DNA from: an uncultured Solirubrobacteraceae bacterium
Lineage (GTDB): Bacteria; Actinomycetota; Thermoleophilia; Solirubrobacterales; Solirubrobacteraceae
NCBI GenBank assembly: GCA_963811595.1
Contig: CAWERW010000008.1
Location: 374,965-438,964, forward strand
DNA: 64,000 bases
Direction: 5' to 3'
Shown here: positions 1-11,584 of the stretch, one piece after another
How the letters are laid out: each line of letters opens with the position of its first letter
How positions within the stretch are numbered: the stretch's first letter is position 1
The notes under the pieces: generated by a model
The model's database searches: none
What the model was told of the DNA's origin: nothing
Seen by the model: only the letters and a program-made list of their open reading frames with translations
Position numbers and translations under genes: made by a program

Positions 1-1957
1 CCCGCCGCGTCGCCTTGACGACGAGCTGGAAGCGCTCGCGCCCGCGCAGGCGGAACAGCGGCGCCGGGCCGAGGACGTCGGCGCCCTCCACATCCACCGC
101 GTCCGCCACCCGCCCCGCCGCCGCTCGCGCCGCGGTGCCGTCCTCGGCCAGGCAGACGACCCGGATCAGGTCGGCGAACGGCGGGTAGCGCAGCGCCTCG
201 CGCCGCCCGAGCTCGCCGGCCACGAAGCCCGCCGAGTCGTGCTGCGCTGCCGCCAGGATCGCCGGCGCGTCCGGCGAGGCGGTCTGGACCAGCACGTGCC
301 CGCCGAGCGGCCCGCGCCCCGCCCGGCCGGCGAGCTGGGCGATCAGCGCGAACGTCCGCTCCTCGGCGCGGAAGTCGGGGAAGCGCAGGGTCGAGTCGGC
401 GTCGAGCACGACGCCGAGCGTGACGTCCGGGAAGTCGTGGCCCTTGGCGACCATCTGGGTGCCGAGCAGCAGCCCGGCGGGCGCAGCGTCGAAGCGCGCC
501 AGCAGCGACGGCACCGCGTCCTTCGTCCCCGCGGTGTCGGCGTCGAGGCGGAACACCGGCACGTCGAGTGCCTCGGCCAACTCGGCCTCGACGCGCTCGG
601 TGCCCGCGCCGTGGCGGGCGACCGCCAGCGAGCCGCAGGCGTCGCAGCGCTGCGGCACGGGCTCGCGGTGGCCGCAGTGGTGGCACGCCATCGCGCCCTG
701 GGCGCGGTGCAGCACCAGCGCGACGTCGCACTGCGGGCACTCCCAGACCTTGCCGCACGTCCGGCAGGTGAGGAAGTTCGACCAGCCGCGGCGGTTGAGC
801 AGCACGATCGACTTGCGCGCCTCGCCCAGCGCGCGCCGCGTGTCGGGGTGCAGCGGATGCGCGGTCTCGCGCATGTCGAGCACGCGCACGGGCGGCAGCG
901 GGCGCCCGTCGGCGCGCTCGCGCAGCTCCAGCCGCGGGAGCGCGTGCCAGGTCTCGGGCCGCGGCGTGGCCGAGCCGACCAGCAGCGCCGCGCCCGCCCG
1001 CCGCGCGCGCTCGGCCGCCACGCGCCGCGCGTCGTAGCGCGGGTCGCCCTCGTGCTTGTAGGAGCTGTCGTGCTCCTCGTCGACCACCACGAGGCCGAGC
1101 CGTTCGACCGGGGCGAAGACGGCCGAGCGCGGCCCGACCGCGATCCGCGCCTCGCCCGAGCGCAGCCGCCGCCACTCGTCGTAGCGCTCGCCCTCGCCCA
1201 GCGCGGAGTGCAGCAGCGCGACGGTGTCGCCGAAGCGCGCCTGGAAGCGCCCGACGGTCTGCGGCGTCAGCGCGATCTCGGGCACGAGCACGATCACGCC
1301 CTGACCGCGCTCGAGCGCGCGCGCCGCGGCACGCAGGTAGACCTCGGTCTTGCCCGAGCCCGTGACGCCGTGCAGCAGGTGCTCGCCCCCCATCTCGACC
1401 GCGGCGAGCGCAGCGGCTTGCTCGGCGGTCGGCTCGACCGCGCGGTCGGCCCGCGGCCGCGTGAGCGGCTCGCGCCGCTCCGCGCGCTCCGCGATCGCCA
1501 CGAGCCCGCGCTTCTCCAGCCGCCGCAGCGACCCCAGGTCCTCGCCCGCCAGTCGCGGCAGGCCCTCCAGCAGCGCGCGCTGGTTGTCCGTCAGCCGCTC
1601 GCCCTCCAGCGGCGCCGCAGTCCGCGCGGCCCACAGCCGGACCCGCGGCTTCCCGGGCGGCGGCAGCACGAGCGAGAGCGCGCGCGCCGGCGTCGAGGCG
1701 TACTCGGCGGCCATCCACAGCGCGAGCTCTACGAGGTCGGGCGGCACGGAGTCCTCGCGCACCGCGGTCGGGGCGACGAGCCGGTCGGCGGCCAGCTCGC
1801 TCTCGGCGGCCAGCCCGACCACCACGCCGTCGAGCTTCTGGTGGCCGAACGGCACCTTGACGACCGAGCCGACCACGAGCGGCGCGTCGGGCAGCGCGTA
1901 GTCGAACGGGCCAGACAGGCGGCGGGTCGTCGTCAGCGGCTCGACCTGGGCGATCAC
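1..1957 (-). CDS. priA: primosomal protein N' (PriA replication-restart helicase); the C-terminal end runs off the window
   Basis: Read by hand on the minus strand from GTG at 1957: VIAQVEPLTTTRRLSGPFDYALPD. Further on: NRRGWSNFLTCRTCGKVWECPQCDVALVLHR..MACHHCGH..CDACGS (the PriA Cys-rich Zn region) and LLGTQMVAKGHDFPDVTL.. (helicase C-terminal motif). Absent from the track because there is no stop in the window. Confidence 0.9.
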   Translation of the reverse strand, partial: MIAQVEPLTTTRRLSGPFDYALPDAPLVVGSVVKVPFGHQKLDGVVVGLAAESELAADRLVAPTAVREDSVPPDLVELALWMAAEYASTPARALSLVLPPPGKPRVRLWAARTAAPLEGERLTDNQRALLEGLPRLAGEDLGSLRRLEKRGLVAIAERAERREPLTRPRADRAVEPTAEQAAALAAVEMGGEHLLHGVTGSGKTEVYLRAAARALERGQGVIVLVPEIALTPQTVGRFQARFGDTVALLHSALGEGERYDEWRRLRSGEARIAVGPRSAVFAPVERLGLVVVDEEHDSSYKHEGDPRYDARRVAAERARRAGAALLVGSATPRPETWHALPRLELRERADGRPLPPVRVLDMRETAHPLHPDTRRALGEARKSIVLLNRRGWSNFLTCRTCGKVWECPQCDVALVLHRAQGAMACHHCGHREPVPQRCDACGSLAVARHGAGTERVEAELAEALDVPVFRLDADTAGTKDAVPSLLARFDAAPAGLLLGTQMVAKGHDFPDVTLGVVLDADSTLRFPDFRAEERTFALIAQLAGRAGRGPLGGHVLVQTASPDAPAILAAAQHDSAGFVAGELGRREALRYPPFADLIRVVCLAEDGTAARAAAGRVADAVDVEGADVLGPAPLFRLRGRERFQLVVKATRR

Positions 1958-1985
1958 GCCGCTGACGCTATTAGGCTGACCTGTC

Positions 1986-2822
1986 GTGAACCGCGTCCTG
2001 CTCGGCGACAACCTCGAGCTGATGCGGGCCGAGCCGGATGCGAGCGTCCAGCTCGCCTACCTCGACCCGCCGTTCAACACCGGCCGCGCCCAGACCCGGC
2101 GCACGCTGGCGACGACCGCCGCGGCCGACGGCGCCGGCGACCGGACCGGCTTCGGCGGCCGCCGCTACACGACCGAGCTGCTCGAGTCGTCCTCCTACCG
2201 CGACGCGTTCGACGACTACCTCGGCTTCCTCGAGCCGCGCCTGCGCGAGGTGCGGCGGCTCCTGCACCCCACGGGCACGCTGTACTTCCACATCGACTGG
2301 CGCGAGGCGCACTACTGCAAGCTGCTGCTCGACGAGCTGTTCGGCCGCGAGTGCTTCCTCAACGAGCTGATCTGGGCCTACGACTACGGCGCCAAGCCGC
2401 GCCGCCGCTGGCCGCCCAAGCACGACACGATCCTCGTCTACGTCAAGCACCCGACCGACTACTTCTTCGACGCCGAGGCGGTCGACCGCGAGCCGTACAT
2501 GGCGCCCGGGCTCGTGACGCCCGAGAAGGCGGCGCGCGGCAAGCGCCCGACCGACGTCATGTGGCACACGATCGTCTCCCCGACCGGGCGCGAGAAGACC
2601 GGCTACCCGACCCAGAAGCCCGAGGGCCTGCTGCGGCGCTTCGTCCAGGCCTCGAGTCGTCCTGATGACATCTGCATGGATCCGTTCGCCGGCTCGGGCA
2701 CGCTGGGCGTGGCGGCCGCGAAGCTGGGGCGGCGCTTCCTGCTCATGGACGAGAATTCCGAGGCGGTCGCCATCGCGAACACCCGACTGAAGGAGCCCTC
2801 GTGGACTACAAGCTCGAGCTGA
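1986..2822 (+). CDS. site-specific DNA methyltransferase, beta-class N4/N6 amino-MTase (PF01555-like), orphan
   Basis: N-terminal motif IV LAYLDPPFNTG and C-terminal motif I DPFAGSGTLGVAA; this order is typical of beta-class MTases. GTG start lies 28 nt from the divergent priA start. No restriction-enzyme partner is visible. Confidence 0.85.
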   Translation: MNRVLLGDNLELMRAEPDASVQLAYLDPPFNTGRAQTRRTLATTAAADGAGDRTGFGGRRYTTELLESSSYRDAFDDYLGFLEPRLREVRRLLHPTGTLYFHIDWREAHYCKLLLDELFGRECFLNELIWAYDYGAKPRRRWPPKHDTILVYVKHPTDYFFDAEAVDREPYMAPGLVTPEKAARGKRPTDVMWHTIVSPTGREKTGYPTQKPEGLLRRFVQASSRPDDICMDPFAGSGTLGVAAAKLGRRFLLMDENSEAVAIANTRLKEPSWTTSSS

Positions 2823-3172
2823 TCGCCGTCCCCGTCTCGGACCCCGATCGCGCCAAGGCGTTCTACACGGAGCAGGCCGGCTTCAACGCCGACCACGACC
2901 ACCGCGTCAGCGACGACCTGCGCTTCATCCAGTGCACGCCGCCGGGTTCGGCATGCTCGATCTCGTTCGGCACCGGCCTCGGCGACGCGTCGCCGGGCTC
3001 GCTGCAGGGCCTGCAGCTCGTCGTGTCCGACATCGAGGCGGCCCACGCCGAGCTCTCCGGGCGGGGCGTCGAGGTGTCCGACGTCCAGGACTTCCCGTGG
3101 GGCCGGTTCGTGTTCTTCTCGGACCCCGACGGCAACGGCTGGGCCGTCCAGGAGCTCGTTCCGCCGGCGTAA
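2801..3172 (+). CDS. VOC / glyoxalase-bleomycin resistance family protein
   Basis: 123 aa with ..FFSDPDGNGWAVQE.., typical of the VOC fold. GTG start is preceded by AAGGAG 6 nt upstream. Overlaps the MTase 3' end by 22 nt. Confidence 0.8.
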   Translation: MDYKLELIAVPVSDPDRAKAFYTEQAGFNADHDHRVSDDLRFIQCTPPGSACSISFGTGLGDASPGSLQGLQLVVSDIEAAHAELSGRGVEVSDVQDFPWGRFVFFSDPDGNGWAVQELVPPA

Positions 3173-3217
3173 TTCGCGTCCAGGGGGGTTGAAAGCCCGC
3201 CGACTTGACGCGACTCT

Positions 3218-3835
3218 GTGCAGATGCCGGAGTGGCTTCGCAGCGAGAAGTTCCATTTCATCGCCTTCGCCCTGCTCATGGGCCTGGTGGTGGGCGGCCT
3301 CGTGACCTACGCCCTCGGCTTCTCGTCCTCGGAGCCGAGCCGCATCTCGGAGCGCTCCGACGCGGAGGCGATCGCCAGCGACCAGGCGGCGGCGACGCCG
3401 ACCGCCACGCCGGCCGCCAAGGCGAAGGCCAAGCCCAAGGCAAAGGTCAAGGTCAAGGCCGAGCGCGCCCGGCGCCCGGCCCGCGGCGGCGGCGGCGGCG
3501 GGAGCACCGCGGCCGCGCCGGCCGCGACGTCGACGCCGGAGTCGAGCGAGGAGGGCGACGCCCCCGCCACGCAGGCGCCCGCGCGCGCGGCCCCGCGGCG
3601 CCAGGCGTCGAGCCCGCGCCGTCTCGTCACCCAGAAGCGGACCACGATCCAGCCGCAGCGGCGACCCGCCAGGCCTCCGGCCTCCACGCCGGCGCCGACT
3701 CCCGCCCCCGCGCCGCCCCCGCCGCCGCAGTCCACGCCCGCCCCGCAGCCCGAGCCGTCGCAGCCTTCCCCCACGCGCCCGCGGCCCGACCGCCCGGGCG
3801 GCGATGACGACGATCCGGGCGACAACGACGATTAG
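3218..3835 (+). CDS. hypothetical membrane-anchored Ala/Pro/Lys-rich low-complexity protein
   Basis: One N-terminal TM segment (FIAFALLMGLVVGGLVTYALGF), then KAKAKPKAKVKVKA and PAPTPAPAPPPPP tracts. No recognisable domain. Confidence 0.5.
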   Translation: MQMPEWLRSEKFHFIAFALLMGLVVGGLVTYALGFSSSEPSRISERSDAEAIASDQAAATPTATPAAKAKAKPKAKVKVKAERARRPARGGGGGGSTAAAPAATSTPESSEEGDAPATQAPARAAPRRQASSPRRLVTQKRTTIQPQRRPARPPASTPAPTPAPAPPPPPQSTPAPQPEPSQPSPTRPRPDRPGGDDDDPGDNDD

Positions 3836-4847
3836 CGCGCGCGGCCCCGGCCGCGTCAACCTGATCGGCGAGCACACGGACTACAACGGCGGCCTCGCGC
3901 TGCCGTTCGCCATCGACCGCGGCGTGACGGTGACCGCCGAGCCGCTCGACGGCGACCGGATCGAGGCGACCGCGCTCGACCTCGGCGAGACCGACGCGTT
4001 CACGCTCTCCGCGCCGGAGCCGTCCGAGGGCTGGCGGGCGTTCGTGCGCGGCGCGGTGGCGGAGCTCGCGGCGACCGGCATCGAGCTCGCGCCCGCGCGG
4101 ATCGCCTTCGAGGGCGACGTGCCGCAGGGCTCGGGGCTCTCGTCCTCCGCTGCGCTCGAGACCGCGCTGTGCCTCGCGCTGCTCGGCCTCGCGGGCGCCG
4201 AGGAGCCCGACCGGCTCGAGCTCGCGAAGCTGTGCTCGCGCGTCGAGAACGAGTGGGTCGGCGCCCAGACGGGGCTGCTCGACCAGATCGCGTCGCTGCT
4301 CGGCGAGGAGGGCCACGCGCTGCGGATCGACTTCGCGACGCTCGCAATCGAGCGCGTGCCGCTCGACCTCGGCGACTGGCAGCTCGTGACCGCCGACTCG
4401 GGCGCCACCCACACGCACGCCGGGGGCGGCTACAACGAGCGCCGCGCGGAGTGCCGCGCGGCCGCCGAGGCGCTCGGCGTCGAGCACCTCAGCGCCGCCG
4501 ATCCCGAAGCGGCCGCGCGGCTGGGCGGCGCCGAGGGCCGGCGCGCGCGCCACGTGCTGAGCGAGAACCGGCGCGTCGACGCGACGGTGGCGGCGCTGCG
4601 CGCGGGCGACCTGGAGGCGGTGGGGCGGCTGCTCGACGAGTCGCACGCGAGCCTGCGCGATGACTTCGAGGCCTCGGTGCCCGAGGTCGAGGCGACCGTC
4701 GAGCGGCTCAAGCGCGCCGGAGCGGCGGGGGCGCGGATGATGGGCGGCGGCTTCGGCGGGGCGGTGCTGGCGCTGTTAGGACCCGGCGGCGCGCGACCCG
4801 ACGGCGTCATCCCCGTCGTCCCCGGACCCGCCGCGCGGCTCCTCTGA
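3804..4847 (+). CDS. galK: galactokinase
   Basis: Galactokinase signature GPGRVNLIGEHTDYNGG and the GHMP kinase motif GSGLSSSAAL. Confidence 0.85.
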   Translation: MTTIRATTTISARGPGRVNLIGEHTDYNGGLALPFAIDRGVTVTAEPLDGDRIEATALDLGETDAFTLSAPEPSEGWRAFVRGAVAELAATGIELAPARIAFEGDVPQGSGLSSSAALETALCLALLGLAGAEEPDRLELAKLCSRVENEWVGAQTGLLDQIASLLGEEGHALRIDFATLAIERVPLDLGDWQLVTADSGATHTHAGGGYNERRAECRAAAEALGVEHLSAADPEAAARLGGAEGRRARHVLSENRRVDATVAALRAGDLEAVGRLLDESHASLRDDFEASVPEVEATVERLKRAGAAGARMMGGGFGGAVLALLGPGGARPDGVIPVVPGPAARLL

Positions 4848-5129
4848 CTCGTCGAGCTCGGCGGACAGCGGGCGCAGCAGCGCCCACGCGATGAACAGGA
4901 CGGCGACCGCCAGCATCCCGAGCCCGGCGTAGAGGTTCACGTTCACGTCGGCGGACTTCTCGATCGACGCGTCGGACTCGCCGAGCCCGAGTACGACGAG
5001 GATCAAGCCGTAGATCAGGAACAGGCCGCCGATGATGCGGCGCAGGTCGAACAGGTTGGCCGCCTTCGCGGCGCGCTCCGCGTCGACCTCGCCCTGCTCG
5101 CTCTGCTGGATGTCGGGATCTTCGGCCAC
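4776..5129 (-). CDS. small hypothetical membrane protein downstream of the symporter
   Basis: 117 aa with two hydrophobic segments (IIGGLFLIYGLILVVLGL; LYAGLGMLAVAVLFIAWALL). 10-nt gap after the symporter stop. Converges on and overlaps the galK 3' end. Confidence 0.5.
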   Translation of the reverse strand: MAEDPDIQQSEQGEVDAERAAKAANLFDLRRIIGGLFLIYGLILVVLGLGESDASIEKSADVNVNLYAGLGMLAVAVLFIAWALLRPLSAELDESEEPRGGSGDDGDDAVGSRAAGS

Positions 5130-5139
5130 GGTCGGTCTC

Positions 5140-6801
5140 CTAGAGGAAGAAGAGGCTCACGAGGACAGTCAGGCCGAGCGCGCCGACGGCGAGCAGCCAC
5201 GGCTTCCGGTACCAGGCCTGGTCCTCCTTCGAGAGGGCCTCCGCCTCGTTGGCCATGCCGCGGACGAGCCCCTGCAGCTCCTCGATCGGCTTCGGCTTCG
5301 TGAACAGTGTGACGATGACGCTGACGACCGCGTCGGTGACGAACGCCGCGATCGCGCCCCAGAAGGCGGCCGCTTGCGCGGACCCGAGGTCGATGAGCTC
5401 CCAGCTGTTCCCGTAGTGCGCGGCGGCGGCGCCGATGGTGCCCGCGATGAGGCCCCAGAAGCCCGCCCACGGCGTCATCCGCTTCCAGAACATGCCGATG
5501 ATGAACGTCGCGAACAACGGCGCGTTGAAGAAGCTGAACAACAGCTGGATGTAATCCATGATGTTGTCGTAGCCCGAGGCGATCAGCGCCGTGCCGATGC
5601 CGACGACGATGCCGCTGATCGTCGCGATGCGGCCGAAGCGGATGTAGTACTCGTCGCTCTGGCCGGACTTGACGTAGGGCTCCCAGAGGTCGTAGGTCAC
5701 GACCGTGTTGAAGGCCGAGACGTTGGCCGCGACACCGGCCATGAACGCCGCCAGCAGGCCGACCAGCGCGATGCCGAGCATGCCGTTGGGCAGGTACTCG
5801 TTCATCAGCAGCGGGATCGCGTTGTTGAACTGCTTGTCGGGGTCGTCGCCGCCGAGGCCCGGGATGACGGCCAGCGCGACGAGCCCGGGGATGATCGTGA
5901 TCGCCGGGATGAAGATCTTCGGGTAGGCGCCGATCAGCGGCGTGCGCTGGGCGGCGCTCAGGCTCTTGGCCGACAGCGCGCGCTGGACCTCCGCGAAGTT
6001 CGTCGTCCAGTAGCTGAACGAGAGCACGAAGCCGAGGCCGAACACGATCGGGACCCACGACGCGAGGAGCGGGTTGTCGACGTTGCCGACGCCTGTGCCC
6101 TTCCACGAGTTGAAGAGGTTGTCCTCGGAGTTGACCTCCATGACCCGTTCCTTCAGGCCGTCCCAGCCGCCGACGTCGTGCAGTCCGATCAGCGTCAGCG
6201 GCACCAGCGCGGCGAGGATCACGAAGAACTGCAGCACCTCGTTGTAGATCGCCGACGAGAGGCCGCCGAGCGTGATGTAGACGAGCACGACGGCCGCGGC
6301 GACGACGATGCCGATGATGATCGGCCAGCCGAGCATCAGCTTCAGCACCAGCGCGAGCGCGTAGAGGTTCACGCCGGCGATCAGCACGGTGGCGACCGCG
6401 AAGCTGAGCGCGTTGAAGACGTGCGTCGGCTTGTTGAAGCGCAGCCGCAGGTACTCCGGCACCGACCGCACCTTCGAGCCGTAGTAGAAGGGCATCATCA
6501 CGATGCCCAGGAAGACCATGGCGGGCACCGCGCCGACCCAGTAGTAGTGGACCGTGTAGACGCCGAACTGGGCGCCGTTGGCGGCCATGCCGAGGATCTC
6601 GAGCGCGCCCAGGTTGGCGGAGATGAACGCGAGGCCGGTGATCCACGCGGGCAGCGAGCGGCCCGACAGGAAGTAGTCGAGGCTCGTCTTGACGTAGCGC
6701 TTCGCCGCGAAGCCGATGCCGAGGACGGCGACGAAGTAGATGGCGAGGATCGCGTAGTCGACGAGGTTCGTGTCGAGCCGGATCTCCGATTGGGCGAGCA
6801 T
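5140..6801 (-). CDS. sodium:solute symporter family (SSF/SGLT-like) transporter, probably sugar-specific given the neighbouring galK
   Basis: 553 aa, polytopic, with an SSF-like sequence throughout (..YFLSGRSLPAWITGLAFISANLGALE..). Confidence 0.85.
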   Translation of the reverse strand: MLAQSEIRLDTNLVDYAILAIYFVAVLGIGFAAKRYVKTSLDYFLSGRSLPAWITGLAFISANLGALEILGMAANGAQFGVYTVHYYWVGAVPAMVFLGIVMMPFYYGSKVRSVPEYLRLRFNKPTHVFNALSFAVATVLIAGVNLYALALVLKLMLGWPIIIGIVVAAAVVLVYITLGGLSSAIYNEVLQFFVILAALVPLTLIGLHDVGGWDGLKERVMEVNSEDNLFNSWKGTGVGNVDNPLLASWVPIVFGLGFVLSFSYWTTNFAEVQRALSAKSLSAAQRTPLIGAYPKIFIPAITIIPGLVALAVIPGLGGDDPDKQFNNAIPLLMNEYLPNGMLGIALVGLLAAFMAGVAANVSAFNTVVTYDLWEPYVKSGQSDEYYIRFGRIATISGIVVGIGTALIASGYDNIMDYIQLLFSFFNAPLFATFIIGMFWKRMTPWAGFWGLIAGTIGAAAAHYGNSWELIDLGSAQAAAFWGAIAAFVTDAVVSVIVTLFTKPKPIEELQGLVRGMANEAEALSKEDQAWYRKPWLLAVGALGLTVLVSLFFL

Positions 6802-6856
6802 CGCTGCCCGACCCTTACCCGCTTGCTGCCTCCTCGAACACGCGGGGAGAACGCGT

Positions 6857-6885
6857 GCGCGCGAGCTCTCTATGAGCCCGCGCGC
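6857..6885 (-). terminator. GC-rich hairpin downstream of metK (candidate intrinsic terminator)
   Basis: GCGCGCGAGCTC-tctat-GAGCCCGCGCGC pairs at 11/12 bp, 12 nt after the metK stop. Only a weak T tract follows. Confidence 0.45.
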
Positions 6886-6896
6886 TCAGCAACACG

Positions 6897-8110
<1,214 letters not shown>

Positions 8111-8114
<4 letters not shown>

Positions 8115-9625
8115 GGGATCTCGAAGAACAGCTCCGCGGTCGTGTCGTCCTCCTCACGCTGGATCACGGCGCTGGCGGCGTGGACCGGGCGAAGGTCCTC
8201 GGCGGTCAACCCGGTCTGCTCGCCGAGCGTGAGGAGCTGGCGTACGTCGAAGAAGCCTAGCGAGTCGGCCGTGGGCGACAACGCGGGCACCGCTGACCGA
8301 AAGGCCGGGGTTTCCAGCAGGCGGGGGCTGCCGCGGCCGAGGAACGCCTCGACGGCCTCGGGCGCGGTGGCGATCACGGCGGTGCCGCCGGCCACCGCGT
8401 AGGTGGGCGCGAAGCCGTCGGAGACCGGCAGCGTGAAGACCTCGGCGCCGGCGATGTCGCGGCCGCGGAAGATCAGCGGCGCGTCCGGGTCCTCGGCGAG
8501 CACGCGGGCCACCGGGTCCTGCAGGCGGGCGAGCACCTCGCGCACGCCCTTGGGGTCGCGGGTGCGCGCGGCGAGGGCGACGACCGGAGCGGGTTCGCCG
8601 GGGCTGATCCAGGCGGCGAAGCCGCCGTGCAGGCGCGCCAGCAGGTCGCGGTCGAGGTCGAGCGAGGCCTCCTCCGCCAGCGTGCTCCGCACGGCCTCGG
8701 CCGCCGCGGCGCCGCCGGCGCGCTCGATGGCCGCGACGACCGCCGCCGCCTCCGGCGCAGCGACGAGCGCGATCGCCTCGGCCGGCACGCGCGCGGCCAG
8801 CGCGCGCGCGCCGTCCGCCGGCCCGGCGTCGGCGGCGGTCCTGCCACCGGTGCCGACGCTGCGCACGCGCACGCTCAGGCCGTCCTCGCCACCACCGGCG
8901 GCGGCGCCCAGCGCGCGCAGGCGCTTGTGGCTGAGCAGGGCGGCCAGCGCGCCCGCCACGCCGCCGCCCGGCGCGGCGCCCAGCGCGCGCGGCGCGACGT
9001 AGACCTGCGCGGGCCGCTCGGCGCCGGCCAGCGCGCGCTCGAACACGTCGGACTCCGCGAGCGCCGGCGCGTCGTCCTCGGCGGCGTCGATCGAGCGCTG
9101 GACCGCGAGCTCGGGCCCGGCGACGAGGTAGCCGCGCACGAACGCCGCCGCGTTGGACCCGAAGCGCCGCACCACGGTGCCCTTGTAGCGCGAGCCCGGC
9201 CGCGCGCCCGCCACGCGCTGCAGCAGCGCCTCGGCCTTGGGCTCGTCGCGCACGCGGGCGAGCACGAGCGAGCCGAAGCGCCCGCCCCCGAGCTCGACGA
9301 GCGCGACCGCCGCCTCCTCCCCCAGCCACGGCCGCACGTCGCGGCGCACGTCGAACGCGCCCGGCGCCGGCGAGATCGCCTGCAGCGCGGCGTCGCGCAC
9401 CCGCAGGTAGCCCGGGATGCGCGGGGCGAGCCGGGCGAGCTCGCGCGCCTCCGGGTCGCCGGGGTCGGTGCTCAGGCGCGCGTAGGCGAGCGCGGACGCG
9501 GGCACGAGCTCGGCCGCCGCGCCGCCCGGGCCGGGGTCGGCGAGCGTGTCGCGCACCGCGACCGCGAGGATCGCCACCAGCAGCACCGCGGCGCCCGCCA
9601 GCACCGCCGCGGAGCTGCGCGTCAT
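8111..9625 (-). CDS. membrane-anchored hypothetical protein (DUF3352-like by memory); paralogue of 57403..58971
   Basis: N-terminal TM segment [19 protein letters not shown]. Shares VPA..Y...(40-60 aa)...D[IV].PWLGE.A with the lipoprotein at 57403. Coupled by ATGA overlaps to der (upstream) and metK (downstream). Confidence 0.6.
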
Positions 9626-10941
9626 TCCTCCCGCCGGCGCTGCTTGCGCTCCACGAAGTCGATCACGAGCGGGATGCCCTCGAGGGCGTAGCGGTCACGG
9701 AGGCGATTCTCGACGAAGTAGGCGTAGTCGCGCGTCAGTCGGTTGCGGTGGTTGACGTGGATCGAGAAGCGCGGCGGCCGGGTCTCGATCTGCGCGGCGT
9801 AGAACAGCTTCAGGCGCCGGCCCTGCTTCTGGGGCGTCTCCCGGCTCGCGACCAGGTCGCCGAGGAAGCGGTTGAGCTCGGGCGTCGGGATGCGGTGCGA
9901 CGCTCGCTCGGCCAGCGACAGCGCCTCGACGAGGATGCGGCTGATGTGCCGCCCGGTCTTCGCCGACGTCGTCAGCACCTTCGGCCGCAGGCGCAGCTTG
10001 CGGTTGACCCGCGCGCGCTCGTGGTCGAGGTCGAAGTCGTCGCCGCTCGTGAGGTCCCACTTGTTGAGCACGAGCGCGGTCGCGCAGCCCGCCTTCATCG
10101 CCATCTCTGCGATCCGCAGGTCCTGGGACGTGACGCCGTCGGTGGCGTCGCACACCACGAGCGCGACGTCGGCGCGCTCCGCCGCCCGCTGCGAGCGCAG
10201 CGACGTGTAGTACTCGACCGACTCGTTGACCTTCGCCGCGCGCCGGATGCCGGCCGTGTCGACCAGCAGCAGCCGCCGCCCGTCGACCTCGATCGGCGTG
10301 TCGATCGCGTCGCGCGTCGTGCCGGCGATGTCGGAGACGATCACGCGCTCGCGCCCGAGGAACGCGTTGACCAGCGACGACTTGCCGACGTTCGGGCGCC
10401 CGATCACCGCGAGCCGGACGATGTCCTCCTCGTCCTCGGGCTCGTCGCCCTCGGGCAGCAGCTCGACGAGGCGGTCGAGCAGGTCGCCCGTGCCGAGCCC
10501 CTGCACCGCCGACACCGCGAACGGCTCGCCGAGGCCGAGCCCGTGGAAGTCGTGCACGAGCCCGAAGTCGCGCGGCGAGTCGATCTTGTTGGCGACCAGC
10601 ACGACCGGCAGGCCGCCCTTGCGCAGCATCTCGGCGACCTCCTGGTCGCCGGCGCGGTAGCCCGCCCGCGCGTCGACGACGAGCAGCGCGACGTCGGCGT
10701 CGGAGAGCGCCTCGCGCACCTGGTCCTGGATCGACACCGCGAGCGGGTCGGAGTCCTCGAGGTCGACGCCGCCGGTGTCGATCAGCGCGAACTGGCGGCC
10801 GTTCCAGTCCGTCGCGAGCTCCTTGCGGTCGCGCGTGATGCCGGAGCGCTCGTGCACGACGGCCTCGCGCGACTGCGTGAGGCGGTTGACGAGCGAGGAC
10901 TTGCCGACGTTCGGATAGCCGACGACGGCGACCTTCCTCAC
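9622..10941 (-). CDS. der: ribosome-associated GTPase Der/EngA
   Basis: Two G domains ([14 protein letters not shown] and [14 protein letters not shown]) plus a KH-like C-terminus. I place the start at GTG 10941 (AAGGA upstream, GTGA overlap with the cmk stop). The 129 Arg-rich codons upstream in the track ORF are spurious. Confidence 0.9.
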   Translation of the reverse strand: MRKVAVVGYPNVGKSSLVNRLTQSREAVVHERSGITRDRKELATDWNGRQFALIDTGGVDLEDSDPLAVSIQDQVREALSDADVALLVVDARAGYRAGDQEVAEMLRKGGLPVVLVANKIDSPRDFGLVHDFHGLGLGEPFAVSAVQGLGTGDLLDRLVELLPEGDEPEDEEDIVRLAVIGRPNVGKSSLVNAFLGRERVIVSDIAGTTRDAIDTPIEVDGRRLLLVDTAGIRRAAKVNESVEYYTSLRSQRAAERADVALVVCDATDGVTSQDLRIAEMAMKAGCATALVLNKWDLTSGDDFDLDHERARVNRKLRLRPKVLTTSAKTGRHISRILVEALSLAERASHRIPTPELNRFLGDLVASRETPQKQGRRLKLFYAAQIETRPPRFSIHVNHRNRLTRDYAYFVENRLRDRYALEGIPLVIDFVERKQRRREE

Positions 10942-11558
10942 GTCGGGAGTTCCTTGGCCTCGACCGCGAGCGTGACGATCTGCTCGACGACCTGGTCGAG
11001 CGAGAGCCCGGTGGTGTCGACCGGCACCGCATCGGGGGCGGCCACGAGCGGCGCGTGCTCGCGGTTGCGGTCGCGCTCGTCGCGCAGCGCCTGGTCGCGC
11101 GCCACGACGTCGGGGTCGGTGCCGAGCTCCGCGGCGCGGCGGCGCGCGCGCTCGGCCGGGTCGGCGGTGAGGAACACCTTGACCTCGGCGTCCGGCGCGA
11201 CGACGGTCCCGATGTCGCGGCCCTCGGCGACCCAGTCGCCCTCGGCGAGGATGCGCTGCTGCTGCGCCACGAGCGCCTCGCGCACCGCCGGGTCGGAGGA
11301 CACGCGCGAGGCGGCCTCGGACACCCACGGCTCGCGGATCCGCTCGGTGACGTCCTCGCCGTCGAGCAGCACGCGCTCGCCGAGCTCGAGCTGCGCGGCG
11401 CGCGCGATCGCGGCGGCGTCGGCGCCGCCGTTCGCGGCGACGGCGATCGCCCGGTACATCGCGCCCGTGTCGAGATAGGTGAAGCCGAGCCGCTCCGCGG
11501 CGGCGCGGGCGACCGTCGACTTGCCGGCCCCGGCGGGACCGTCGATGGCGATGACCAT
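10938..11558 (-). CDS. cmk: cytidylate kinase
   Basis: [37 protein letters not shown]. Start trimmed to ATG 11558. Confidence 0.9.
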   Translation of the reverse strand: MVIAIDGPAGAGKSTVARAAAERLGFTYLDTGAMYRAIAVAANGGADAAAIARAAQLELGERVLLDGEDVTERIREPWVSEAASRVSSDPAVREALVAQQQRILAEGDWVAEGRDIGTVVAPDAEVKVFLTADPAERARRRAAELGTDPDVVARDQALRDERDRNREHAPLVAAPDAVPVDTTGLSLDQVVEQIVTLAVEAKELPT

Positions 11559-11584
11559 GGAGTGAGGGTAGTGTCGCGCCCGCC

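Noticed and set aside
239-2665. 808-aa plus-strand ORF covering the left end
   Set aside because: It has an Arg/Ala/Gly/Pro-rich nonsense composition. It is antisense to a clear priA reading frame and out of frame with the MTase, a typical high-GC shadow ORF.
1986-3172. Restriction-modification or other defence system around the methyltransferase
   Set aside because: The neighbours are priA, a VOC-fold protein, a low-complexity membrane protein and galK. I could recognise no nuclease, helicase, ATPase or specificity subunit.
4776-5129. Small membrane protein as the DUF4212/DUF485-type small subunit of the sodium:solute symporter
   Set aside because: Those small subunits are normally encoded upstream of the transporter. 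The sequence here shows no motif I can tie to them, so I left it as hypothetical.
8115-8200. SAM riboswitch or leader upstream of metK
   Set aside because: The metK start overlaps the stop of the upstream gene (ATGA), so there is no untranslated leader.
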